Below are positions 39,900 through 52,759 of a stretch of 64,000 bases of DNA, in pieces (the stretch's first letter is position 1; the number at the start of each line of letters is the position of its first letter). Position numbers and translations under genes: made by a program. The DNA lies in the NCBI RefSeq assembly GCF_006345805.1, contig NC_043011.1, forward strand, positions 52,340,464 through 52,404,463. Direction: 5' to 3'. The notes under the pieces were generated by a model. The model worked only from the letters and a program-made list of their open reading frames with translations. It did not search any database and was not told the DNA's origin. Source of the stretch: Octopus sinensis (Eukaryota).

Positions 39900-42283
39900 G
39901 CCATAAAGAATAAAGGTGCACAGGTATATCAAAAGTGGCGTTGGTGAATTTCAGGAAGCAAGGAGTTTTTAAAGGAGGTAGTCTCCTGATAGTCAATTGA
40001 TGTGAGTAGCTTGTTCCATTCTTCAACAACTGAGCATTGAATGAGGTTTCCAAAAATCATGATCGCTGCACTGATTTTTGATTTCACATGTGGTAAAGCT
40101 ATTGAATTCCAAATGGCAGCCAAAAGAAGGTGGATAATCTTGTACCAAGTCAGCAGCTTCATGTCAAAACTTTGTGTCATTTTCCAGAGCAGATATGGTG
40201 AGATACATTTAAGATACGGTAAGTGATTAACTGAAGGTATTCATCTGGTTGTATGCCTTTAGACAGCTTCCAGCAGATCAATATTCTGAAAAAGATCAGG
40301 GTTCTAGACTGGCAATGCAAACTTTTAAGTGTGGACGTACCATAGCTTTAAATAGATAGTTGGGAGGCAGCCAACAAAGGTTTTACTGTGCAATGCTAAG
40401 ATACTATTAGTCTTTTTGATAATTTCAGAAATGTGGTTTGCCCAGCACAGAGCATTGCTGACAATGATGTCTAGGTCACATTCACCAGCAGACTTTTTAA
40501 AGTTGGTGTGGTGCAAGGAGTAGATAAATTTCAGATTTTTGCTCCCAAAATGTATAGTGTCTACAGCTAACTTGAGTTGCTATTTAGTAATCCATTGTTG
40601 CATTCTGTCCAGGTCAGATTGCATGAAAGATCTATGGATCCATTCTTTTTATTTCAAAGTACAGCTTAATGTTACCAGCATGTTTCTAGTTGACATCTAT
40701 TTCCTTAATGCATGCAACAAATAACAGCAGACCAAAAACAAATCTTTGCAAGACAATAGTCATTATTGTATAAGGTGCAGAATACTGTCTTGGTATCATA
40801 TTTACCTCTTTTTGATTGAGAATGGAGGACTCCAACCAGTTATACTAGATGTCTATTGCAGAGACTTTCACCATAAGTCATTTGAGTGGCATAGAATAAA
40901 AGCCTTTCACGAAATTGAGGTAGATAACTTCCACCCATGAATCACATCTATGATCCAAATAAGAAATTCAATGAGTTGATCACAGCAGCTGGAGGTAGAG
41001 ATAAGTTCAAATCATGAGGGCCAACAAAAGTTATGAGAGTTCCAGAAGTTCCAGGGTGTCTCTCTGACAGAAGACTCCATCAAGCTGGTTATACAATTTG
41101 TGAGACTGATTGGACAGTAATTGACAGGAAAGGAATAACATTGGCAATTTTCTACTGTTCTGAGGTAATGTAATTATTAAGGCAGAATTGGAAAAGTAGT
41201 GAAAGCTGATGCAGTAGAAAGAGCCTGATGACAGGTGGCAAGCTGGCAGAAATGTTAGCACGTCAGGCAAAATGCTTAGTGGTATTTCATCTGCCGTTAC
41301 GTTCTGAGTTCAAATTCCACCAAAGTCGACTTTGCCTTTCATCCTTTCGGGGTCGATAAATTAAGTACCAGTTACGCACTGGGGTCGATGTAATTGACTT
41401 AATCCCTTTGTCTGTCCTTGTTTGTCCCCTCTATGTTTAGCCCTTGTGGGCAATAAAGAAATAAAAAAGAACCTGATGAATTTGAGAAGTAGATAAATAA
41501 GACCATCAAGACTAGGAGAGGCATAGTTAAACATATGCTTAAGATGATGCTGCAGCAATGCAGGAGTAAATTGAACAGATGTTATGGAATTTGGTGTCAG
41601 TAGTGGTAAAGATGGATATCTGGATTTCCAACAATAAAATCCCAAATAACATTCAGTAACAGGGTGTGTGCACTCAAAATTTTAAACGGTGCAAGGATTT
41701 CAAACAAAGGCAATTGGAGTGTAAGGCCCTTTAACATCCAGATTGGTTGCTATACTTTGTTCAAGTACTGCATTTTTAATCACCTGCTTGATATGGTTTG
41801 ACACGCTGTTGCGCTTTCCAGTTTTCTCTGTTCTGCATAGTCTAAATTCACGTTCAGCATCCTGACACTCTTTCCAGACAAAGCAGACAGTTGTATCTCT
41901 TGATAGTGCACTTTCGGCGTTTCTAATGTGTTTACATAGAACTGATGTTTTTCATGCAGCCAAGACTGAATTAAGGATGTGCTGAAGAATAGTATTGGCA
42001 ACTCTGGAATCATAAAATGCAAGTCAGTTTGGGCAATGTAGCTCAATACAATAGTCAATGCAAGCAGTTTGAAGCTGAAAACCCCATCACAGAGTGCAGA
42101 ATGTGCCCACGTTTCCATGACTGTGATGAAATCTGGGTTGATACTTTTGACGTAAGAGTCAAAAAGATGTACCTTGTTGCATAAACTACGGGCATTCAAG
42201 GACAGCAGTTTGTAACTGGATTTCAGATGGCGATGATATACAGAGGATGGCTGATTGTTCTTGTTTAGTTTCCCATGATTTTT
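39900..42283 (-). mobile_element. Degraded ORF2 of a family-B CR1-like LINE, with a SINE inserted at 41234-41464
   Basis: LNARSLCNK...DFITVMETW (APE start); ECDLDIIVSNALCWANHI; VVEEWNKLL...SLLPEIHQ matches the C-terminus of the 5790-6691 copy. Confidence 0.8.
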
Positions 42284-45200
42284 GTTAGTTAGTTAGTTAA
42301 TTTGGCTCAAAAGCAAATAGCAAGGCCATGTAGGGGGACATGGAGTTAAGTACAGGGTGGTGTTCATGTAAAGAGTTCAGGCCACTTGAGGTCAAGGGAG
42401 GCTTTGAACAAAGTGGTCGTCGGCATCTTGTTCCACGGATCCGCAACCCGGACGGAGAAAGCTCCTCTCCTTCGATTGAGATGAAATCGTCGCAGGTAGA
42501 GCTTTTCGGAATGACCCCGCAGCCGACGCTCTGGAGCAGGAGTGAAGAACAGTTCTTTCGAGAGGTTACACTTTCCGCTTATGATGTTGTGGGCAAGAAT
42601 GAGATCACCACGGTGGCGGCGTTTTTCAAGAGAATAAAGGTCGAGCGTCCTCAGCCTTTCTTCATAGGACAAATTTTTGAGACCATGAACCATGCGGGTA
42701 GCCAGCTTCTGGACTCTTTCGAGATGCTGTATGTCTTTGAGGAGATAAGGAGAAGAGGCTTGAATCCCGTACTCCAATATGGGTCCCACCAGCGTGACAT
42801 AGAGTGGTAGGAATATGGCTGCTGTGAGCATTCCGAATGACCGTCGAATCAAGAACAGAATTCCGCGTGCTTTGTTGGCAGCATGGACGCACTGGCCGAA
42901 GGCGAAAAGGAGGAATCCACCAAGATACCCAGGTCCTTTACCTGATCGGTCCTCTCCAGCAGCAGACGACCCGGCTCGAAATCAAGTTGAGTTGCAGGAG
43001 GAGAGCCAACAGGCAGATGACAGCACTTTGACACGTTCAGACACAGGTCCCATTCGTTAGACCACTTCCAAATTTGGTGGAGGCATCGACGAAGATCCTC
43101 TATATCACCGCGAGGAGCGACCAGTTTGATATCGTCGGCAAATAGAAGGGTGTGTTGCGTGAGGTCGTCGGGCAAGTCATTTATGAAGACTAAGAACAAT
43201 AAGGGCCCAAGCACTGAACCTTGAGGCACGCCACTGCTCGCACTGGAGACGTCGGACCACGAACCATTAACTTGGACTTGGAAGGAGCGATCTGAGAGGA
43301 AGGCACCAACCCATCGTACAATATCTGGATGGAAACTATATGCTTGAAGCTTGACAAGTAATAGGCGGTGGTTTACCGAGTCAAAAGCTTTGGCAAAGTC
43401 CAATAAAACGATGTCAACAGCATTACTATCATCGAGGATGCGCATCACCAATTCTTCCATTACCAGTAAGTTGGTCAAGCATGATCTCTTCGGCACGAAG
43501 CCGTGTTGGGAATCAGAGATAGAGGCTGTGTTTTGGAGGTGGAGCATCATACTTTTCTTAAGGATGGTTTCGAACATCTTGCTGATTATTGATGTAAGGG
43601 AAACCGGTCGGTAGTTAAGTGGGTCTTCGCGGCTCCCTTTCTTGAAAATTGGGCAGATTATCGCTGTTCTCCAGTCCGCAGGTATAACACCCGTCGCCAA
43701 TGACATATTGAATAGACATGTTAAGGGCTCGCAGATGACCGGAGCCAACGCTTTGATAACCCGTGGGTGTATGCCGTCAGGGCCGTGACCCTTGTTGACA
43801 TCGAGGCCTTGAATAACATATCTGACTTCGTCCCGCGTGATGACCAATCGAAGCATTGGAGGTACCGATCTATCAAATGGAGGGGGTTCACGACCATCAT
43901 CTTGTTTGAAAATAGTTGAAAAAGCCTCGGCAAATAATTGACTCTGTTGATAAGGGTCCTCAATCGATACACCTGTTGAGTCTACCAACGTTGCAATCTG
44001 GTTTTTGGATTGCTGCTGGCATTTGCCGCGATTTTGTATTCATAACTGAAGCGTTCTTCCTTTTCAATTTTCACGGCTCGGTCTCGTTGAGTTTTGTACA
44101 CCTCAAAAGCTGCAGTCGAATCCAGATTTTTGAATTCAGCCCAAGCAATATCTCTGAGTCGACGTTCTCGTTTAACCTTCTTCGTCACCCAGGGCTTGTG
44201 TTTCTTCTTCTTGGGAAGCCCAACGGGAACTGCCTGGTCAGTCAACCAGATTACATATGCTTTGAGGGATGACCATAGTTCGTCAACTGAGGACAACGTC
44301 ATCAGGGATCGCCAGTCCAGAAGCGCGGAAGCCTCGGTTAGAATTTCAAGATTAATTGCAGAGAAGACTCTACGTGGCAGCGAAGTAGTCGTGGGCGTAG
44401 AAAAAGTTGTGTGCATGACGAACTTCAGGACCGCATGATCACTCTTGGCAAGAGGGGCGCACACAGATACGTCTGACACTGATCTTGGATAGCGGGAGAA
44501 TACCAGATCCAGCATAGATGGCTGCTGCCCAGACCGATGCCTTGTCAGATATTCAACATGTTGTGATAGAAAACAATCTTCAGCCATGTCAAGAAGGGCC
44601 TGGCCGAACCGGGAAGATGTACAAATTGATGCGGGCCAATCGATCGTGGGAGCGTTGAAGTCTCCTAGTACCAAACAGTCATGCGAAGCTGAAACGAATC
44701 TTATCGCTTCGAGTAAATGAGCATCATCCTGGGGGTCGGCAAGAGGCGGCCTGTAGACAGCTAACACGGGCAGGCAAAACTCGGATAGGCTCAGCTTGCA
44801 ATAGACGGCATCGAATTTTGTTGTAGGTTGAGCATAGTGGGTAGAATACCGCTGGACGGTTTGTGCTCAGATTTAACATACACAGCAACACCTCCACCTC
44901 GCCTTTTTTCTCTGTCACATCTGAAAAGGACGTAGCCCTGCAGGTGGATTTCTGAGTCCTTTACTGCTGGAGTCAGCCAAGTCTCGGTGATAGCTATCAC
45001 ATCAGGGGAGTCACGTATGGCCAGTGTAAATAGTTCGCTGAACTTTGGAAATAAGGAGCACGAGTTGGTATAGACGATGCTGAGCTGTGAAGTTTGAGGG
45101 GCGGGAGTTGGGGAACAAGCAGAATAAGGGGTATCAGAGATAGCATCGTTGACGGGGGTATCAACTACACTTCGATTTGCCCTCACTTCACTTTCCCTGT

Positions 45201-46040
45201 CAGCACTACAGCATGCGACCAGAGGTAGGACTTGATTATTTGTCCATCTTGGATGCGTAAACCCTTCTCTCCCATCTGTTTCCTCATCTTTAGTTCGGAT
45301 ATTAGGTTTCTCCGGCGAATTCTCTCTCTCAGTGAGTATTCCTCGCGAAAACCCATATTGGGGTCCTCCCAGGCATGCGTCTGAGCTCTGTTCAGAAAGG
45401 CTGAAGCCTCCCGATCAGAAGAAAAGATTACCCTTATTGGACGTGGTCTAGTATCTGAGGTTGGGTTCGCTTGGAATCTTCCTAGCCGAGCGACCTTATG
45501 GATACTGACATTTTCGTTCACAGAGGACAATTCTCCAACTAAAATGGAAACAAAATTAATGTCTTCTTTTAGGGGGTTATGCCTGTATCCACAGGTGGAT
45601 TCAGCTTTACCATAAATTATTGCTGATCTTGAGTGGGCAAAATGTTCTCTACTATGAGCTGCGGTATTCGATTCTTCATTGGATGATTTCGAAAGGGTGG
45701 TTTCATAGCCATCAGACTTATGTCGGCCTGTGGGGTCGATCGGAATGGGTTTAGTGGTCATAATTTTCCTGTCTGGTTTGGAACTGCACTGCCTCTTCTT
45801 CGGTTTGGGGGAGCACCACTCCCCAGATGAACTCACATCGAGATCATTCAGAATTGGTTGAGCAATGGCATTAATGGGAAGGACAAGTGAGGGAAAATCC
45901 AAACAGATTTTATCGTGATCAGGTTTCATAGCTAAATCTGCCCCACTGGAGTTTTGACTACATTTCTTCTTTTGGGGAAAACAACGGTCTTCAGGTGGGT
46001 TTGAGTCTACGCTCCTCAAATTAGGTTGGAGAACCTCCGG
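42284..46040 (-). mobile_element. Near full-length CR1-like LINE (family A): ORF1 plus frameshifted APE-RT ORF2 and (TAAC)n tail
   Basis: ORF1-like 45183-46019 (RLGR...RPRPIRVIF). APE motifs IAITETWL, RGGGVAVYVK, LVLGDFNAP. RT motifs QHGF, DFAKAFDSV, GVPQGSVLGPLLF, LFADDIKL. Frameshifts near 44780, 43985 and 42850; tail aattaactaactaactaac. Confidence 0.93.
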
Positions 46041-47455
46041 GACTGGTTGTTGTGGGTGCAGTTTGCTCAGTCCAACTGATATCCCTTATCCACGACTCAC
46101 CAGACTTGATAAATTTCCATATTTGCCCATCATCGCGTAGGCTAAAGCTTTCCTGTGGCACAGAGTTGCGATTTAGGGAAGCTACAGATCTTAGCTTTGG
46201 GCGTACATCAGGTGGTAGGCCAGGACGTGTCCTAAAGGTATTTCTGTTTTCGCGCCGAGCCCTATCAGCAGCTAGATAGTATGCCCACGCCTCAGTAGAG
46301 TTTGAAAACATCAGCCTGATCAACCTGGGTTTGGGATCCTGGTCGGCCAAAGCAGAAAGCACTTTTTGGAGGAACACAGCTTAGGTCTTTAGATGTGCTT
46401 CCAGTAAATGCCTGCAGATCTATCACATCTTCTGGTACTCCGATGGCAATTACCTCATGAGTGGTTGATTCAGCGACTTCCTTGATGCGTCGAGGTTCCG
46501 TACGAGCTACGGGTAAATTGCTGAGCAAGGCACTCCGATACGACCCCTCGTTGTGAGGTTTCGCACAACGCTAGTTTTGATTCCTGCTATTTCACGGCTT
46601 AAAGCAGAAATCATTTGTCTAATTTCCGCAACTTCTGTGCTGATGGTCGATTTTTGTTTTAGTTGAGAAGTATCGGGAGAGGAGGGAATGATTGGCTTTT
46701 GTTCCTGCTGATGTACTTCGACTGGAATGATCAATTTTTGCTGTCGAAGAGCAATAGGGGAGGAAGACAGAGGCAGCTTAAGTTTTTGTTTTTGTTGATG
46801 TTCTTAACAGAAATGGCCGATTTTTGTTGCTGATGTTGAAGAGTGACAGAGGAGGAAGACACGGGCGGCTTTAACCTTTGCTGTTGTTCTTCATCAACAG
46901 GACTGGTTTTGGAAGACAAAGTAGTCGGGTTTTTGCTGTTCAGCAGCAATGGCAGCGGAAGACACAGTTGTCGGATTTTGTTGTTGCTGTTCAGCAGCAA
47001 TGGTAGCAGGGGACACACAAGTCAGGCACTGAAACGACCAGTTTGGTAGCTGGACCATTTCCCAGAGTTTATACATCATAGAAGTATGGTGTCCTTTCTC
47101 TTGACCTGGGATCTTTTGAAAGTTTGTGGCACATTGAAAGCAGATCGAAACACGACATTTACTGCATTCAACCCATCTATTTCAGAAGGAATTTTCGAGT
47201 TTTGTGCATAGATGACAGATGGGATTTGCCGGGCAACGTTCTATTTTAGGACAGCGACCAGTTTTGTTGCACAGCTCATCCACAGATGATACCGTGGCAG
47301 TTTTGTTCTGTCTGCCAATCCGTACCGTAGTACAAGGTAAACAAAGAAGAAAAATGTGAAGATATAGCACACTTGTTAGGGAAATAAATAAGATGTTTTT
47401 ATTGTTGTTAACTGTTTCCGCTTTCCTCATTGTATGTGTGTATACAAGATGCAAT
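46041..47455 (-). mobile_element. 5' part (5'UTR, Cys-rich/coiled-coil/RRM-like ORF1) of a family-B CR1-like LINE
   Basis: PHD-like Cys cluster (CHLCTK...ECSKC...CFQC), then HEVIAIGVPED and RLIRLMF...RTRPGLPPDVRPKL. Paralogous to 48130-49050. Confidence 0.8.
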
Positions 47456-49130
47456 TATAATAATAATAATAATAAAACATTGTGTACAGTGCTCAGGTGC
47501 ACTACAACTCATCTAAAGTGTATGTATAGTACATAGGGTAATGTACAAGCGTCAGGAAAAGAACAGTGCATGAGTCATGACATACACATATGTGTATGAG
47601 TATGGAAGGGGGACAATCAGGTGTAGTTTCGGCAGATTTCGGAAAGCATGAGGGCCTTAAAGGATGCAGTGTCATGGCAGTCAACAACTGACGCAGGCAG
47701 TTTGTTCCATGCTTCCGCAACTCTGAGCATGAAAAAATGTTTCCGAAAGTCATGGGAGCTGTGCTGCTTTCTGACTTTGTAGGCATGTCCACGTGTGTTG
47801 AACACATGGAGATCAAAAAGGTGTTCAGTGTTGTTGTTGGTGAGGTGGTTGATAACTTTGTGGGTGTTTACCAAGTCCATCGCCAGACGCCGGAGCTTCA
47901 GTCAATCCATGCCCAGGGAAACAAGGCACTCAGAGTATGGTAGGTGTCTGATGGAGGGTATGCGTTTGGTTGCACGTCTCTGAACAGATTCCAGGAGGTC
48001 AATGTTCTGAGCAAGATAGGGGTTCCAAACTGATGATGCGAATTCCAAGTGTGGTCATACCATAGCTGTATACAGCTTTAAATAGATGGCTGGAGAGTGG
48101 CTAACAAAAGTCTTGTTGAGTGATGCCAAGACACCCTCGGCCTTCTTGACAATTTTAGAGATATGCTTTGTCCAACGCAAATCACTGCTGACAGGTAGAG
48201 AGCACTCAGACCAGCTGGTATCTCTCTTCGACGTTTCACCAATCTTAACAAATCTCCAGATTTGTCCATCCTCACGAAAACTGAAACTCTCTTGCAGAAC
48301 TGAGTTCCGGTTCAGGGAAATCGCTGCATGTAGCTTCGGACGTACATCGGGTGGTAAGCCTGGGCGTGTTCGGAAGGTAGTTCGATTTTCACGCCCAGCT
48401 TTAACTGAGGCCAGATGGTATGAGGTTGCCTCAGCGTGGTCTGAAAAAGACAGCTTGATGAGCCTGGATTTTGGGCCAGGTCGTCCAAGGCGGAGAGCAC
48501 CCGTTGGGGAGCGCAGCCTAGGTCTTTGGCGGAGTTGGCAGCAAATGCCTGAAGATCAGCCATGTCTTCTGGTACTACAATGGCAATAACTTCGTGGGTA
48601 GCAGAATCCGCGGTCTTCTCAGTGTTTTTAGATGCAGCAAGAGGTACAAGGAGGTTCTTTAGCAGAGCTTTCGGATAAGACCCTTCATTGTGGAGTCCTA
48701 CCTGAATGCTTGCTTTTATTCCTGCTACTTCCCCTCTTAAAGCACAAATTGATTGTTGCAGTTCTGCAAGAATCGCACTGGTCAATTGGTGTTGTTGATG
48801 TTGTTGTTGCTGCTGCTGCTCTAGTTGTGGTTGATTTTGTTGTTGCTGCTGTTGTTGTTGTTGATGTTGTTGCTGCTGTTGTTGTTGTTGTTGCTGCTGC
48901 TCTAGTTGTGGTTGATTATATGTGCAATCAAGAGATGTAAGGAGTCAATGGTTGGTGTGTTTATAATGTTCGCACTTGTTAGGGAGATAAATAAATAACA
49001 TCTTATTTTTCATTGTTAACTGTTCCCGCTTTCCTCATTGTATGTGTGAATGAAAAAAGATAACAATTACATAAATAATCAAGAGATGTAAGGATAAAAT
49101 GGTTGGTGTGTTTATAATGCGCGCACGATA
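47456..49130 (-). mobile_element. Internally deleted family-B CR1-like LINE (5'UTR and ORF1 joined to the ORF2 3' end)
   Basis: ORF1 paralog at 48130-48940 joins directly, at ~48130, to the 'SDLRWTKHI' segment of ORF2. 3'UTR and (ATT)n tail at 47456-47600 match the 5790-6691 copy. Confidence 0.85.
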
Positions 49131-49266
49131 CTCACTGCACTGCCTCAGCGAAGAAGAAGAAAGTATGATTTAAAATCGTTTTGTGTATATATTCATGTGT
49201 GGTGCGTGCTGATATATAAAACTGTGTGTATGGTTTTTCTAGAATTCGGATTGTACTTACAATTAT

Positions 49267-49625
49267 CCTTACGAAGTAGAATGGCGTGTTTTCAATCGTG
49301 GTTGCTACACGTGGTAACACTAAGATTTAAAACGAGGAGATTAACAGGAGACACAGTTATTTTCTTTTTGTAGAATCATTAATGGTACTTTTACATTATC
49401 CAAGGAATGTGTTGTGTACTTACTTATTAAGTTGTGTCAGAGGGAAATACAATTCTCCTTACGAAGTAGAATGGCGTGTTTTCAATCGTCGTTGCTACAC
49501 GTGGTAACACAGAGATTTACGACAAGGAGACACACAGTTATTTTCTTTATGTAGAATCATTAAAGGTTCTGTTCCATTATCCAAGGAATGTGTTGTGTAC
49601 TTATTAAGTATTGTCTGAGGGAAAC
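49267..49625. repeat. Diverged ~190-bp tandem duplication
   Basis: ccttacgaagtagaatggcgtgttttcaatcg at 49267 and 49457. Confidence 0.9.
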
Positions 49626-50226
49626 ATCAGGTTTTCAGGTCTTCTCTCTCTCTCCACCTGTCATTACTTGTCTGCTTTTTAGCACAGTGGCCAAAGCACG
49701 TGCCGTCTCAGCACAGCACACTGACCATTAATCTAGTTTCAGCTCACGAGGTGTGGCCATATGTCTATCTTTGTTATGTAATTATATGATCGAATTTTAA
49801 AAAATGAAACAGTATGTCTCTATTGTTACCTAACACATAAAAATTATATATTTCATACTGTTTTTAATATTTTGAATTTTAAAAATTCTGTGACGTCACC
49901 TAAAATTTAGATGTAAGGGAGATCACTGAGAAAGTGGAAAATAAAAAAAGATTTTTCTAGGGAGGTTACTCTGTTTTACTATTTTCCTAAAAGACTGATT
50001 TTGATTTTTGAACGTGTGTGTTTGTGTGTCTGTGAACACATGCGCGCATCTGTTGAATTATATAAGTATACATGCTGTGTGGTAAGTAGCTTGCTTACCA
50101 ACCACATGGTTCCGGGTTCAGTCCCACTGCGTGGCACCTTGAGCAAGTGTCTTCTACTATAGCCACGGGCCGACCGAAGCCTTGTGAGTGGATTTGGTAG
50201 ACGGAAACTGAAAGAAGCCCGTCGTA

Positions 50227-50301
<75 letters not shown>

Positions 50302-50694
50302 GTGTGTGTGTGTGTATATGTTTGTGTTTGTCCCCCAACATCGCTTGACAACCGATGCTGGTGTGTTTGCGTCCCCGTAACTTAGCAGTTCGGCAAAAGA
50401 GGCCAATAGAATAGGTCCTGGGGTCGATTTCTTTGACTAAAGGCGGTGCTCCAGCATGGCCGCAGTCAAATGACTGAAACAAGTATAAGAGTAAAGAGTA
50501 TATATATACTTTATTTAAAAGCAGCAGAAATATAACAAAAGCTGTTACTTAGAGTTTCACGTTCCCGTTCAGCAAACTTGAGACTCTGAGTAACAGCTTT
50601 AGTTATATTTCTGCTGCTTTTAAATAAAGCACATTACTCTGGTATTTGAGTACTCTTTTCTCCACCTCGTTTCACATTTATGTGCTTACTCCGG

Positions 50695-50756
<62 letters not shown>

Positions 50757-51022
50757 TAATTAAGATTCAGTTGAATTAGGTTCTTAAATTGAGGCACCAA
50801 GCCAGTTCGGTATAGTCCGTGCAGCTGGAAATTAGGTGAACAAAATGCAAATAAGTAACAAGGAAGTTCCAGTATCAGTGCATTACGGCTGTTTCCAGCA
50901 GCTCCATTTAACCAATCAATGAAAACATTACATCAATTTGAAAGAAGCTGCTCTCCTCAGACGCAGATGACCATATAGATTTCCAACATAAGGGATAAAC
51001 CATTTTTAACATTTATAGCAAA

Positions 51023-51469
51023 CTAGCAGCATAGCCCGGCGTTGCCCGGGTATGTAGAAGCCCCTAGTAGGCAACGACTAATCCCAATCTAGTCCTTTCC
51101 CTCTAGGGAATGAAGGCACATGTGTAGGTTGCATTGTCTTCTCTTCACTCAAATACTTCTGTGTATACGATGTTCCTAGCTGTCCCTTTGGGCGAAAACA
51201 TGAAAACATCATTGCACCTCCCAACGCGTGAACAGCCCACGTACAGCCCAGAAAATGTGTTGCATATAAAAAGCTTACATTCTCGACCCCATGTCGAATT
51301 TATCGATTTTTTCAGAACTGGGGGAACTTTTCAAAATTTTTGCTGCGTTAGTTTTGATGGGCTATGTGTGTGTCAAGTTTCATCAGAATCGGTTGAAAGC
51401 TGTGGTCAGGGTGAGGGTACAACCTGACAGACACACAGACAGACAAACTGCCGTTTATATAGAGAGAGA
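51023..51469 (-). mobile_element. Non-autonomous Helitron
   Basis: On the - strand it begins TC, ends CTAG, and has a CCCGG-GCAACG-CCGGG hairpin just before the 3' end. Inserted between A and T with no TSD; the empty site is visible in the opposite arm of the host palindrome. Confidence 0.9.
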
Positions 51470-51642
51470 TTTATATTAGTGCTAGAAACCAAAATAATTA
51501 CATTGTTTCCTTATGTTATATTTCTGCCCCGAATGTAACATAAGGAAATAAAGTAATTACTTTGGTGTCTAGTACTGATATAAATTTACTATAAATGCTA
51601 AAAATGGTCCATCTTTTATGTTGGGAATCTATATGGTCATTC

Positions 51643-51728
51643 GCATCTGAGGAGAGTGGCTTCTTCCAAATTGATGCAATGTTTTCATTGATTGGTTAAA
51701 ATGCAGCCACTTGAAACGGCCGTAATGC
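51643..51728 (+). ncRNA. Type I hammerhead with long stem II and palindromic stem III (antisense twin at 50879-50965)
   Basis: gcat-CTGAGGA-GAGTGGCT(43-nt loop)AGCCACTT-GAAA-CGGCCG-TA-atgc; GUA triplet at 51722-51724. Confidence 0.8.
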
Positions 51729-52759
51729 ATTGATACCTGGACATCCTTGTTATTTATTTGCATGTGTGTGTGTGTGTGTGTGTGTGTGCACATGCATACA
51801 TATATTTGAATGATTAAGAGAGATAGAAGATACGGGATTGTTTATTAATCACTACTATTGCTTCCACTTATCTAGCATTGATCCCTCATGGGTGGGATAT
51901 TTAACAACTGGTTTAGGAGTATCCATCGGTGTGGATGTGCCTCTTCAGCTGATAAGATGTATCTTGTTAAAATAATGACTGTTCCACATGATATCTTCTC
52001 AGTTTGTGTATAGAAAAGCAGCAAATTAAGGGATACAGCTTCATTATTACTCTTTACTTTTTTACTTGTTTCAGTCATTTAACTGCGGCCATGCTGGAGC
52101 ACCGCCTTTAATCGAGCCGGAACTTATTCTTTTGTAAGCCCAGTACTTATTCTATCGGTCTCTTTTGCCGAACCGCTAAGTGACGGGGACATAAATACAC
52201 CAGCATCGGTTGTCAAGCAATGCTAGGGGGACAAACACAGACACACAAACACACACACGCATATATATATATACATATATACGACGGGCTTCTTTCAGTT
52301 TCCGTCTACCAAATCCACTCACAAGGCTTTGGTCGGCCCGAGGCTATAGTAGAAGACACTTGCCCAAGGTGCCACGCAGTGGGACTGAACCCGGAAACAT
52401 GTGGTTGGTAAACAAGCTACTTACCACACATCCACTCCTGCACCTATTATATAAAATCAATAATAAATAACAGATGCAACAAGAAACGAATACACAATAC
52501 AGCGAAAAATGTATTAAATATAACCATTAACAGATATGGATGTATAAACGCCCTCTCTTAGGTTGTATGGTGCATGTACACTTGCTCCTACAAACATCCA
52601 CGAAGTTATAATCATACTCACACACATGGTTTAGCACACATACACTCACACAGCAAATTAAATAGCTACTTAGTGTTTATAAGAATGAGCAAGTTAGAGT
52701 TAAATTTAAGGTAAATTATGATTATTGGTTTGGTTAATGGTTACTTATTGTCTCCCACT

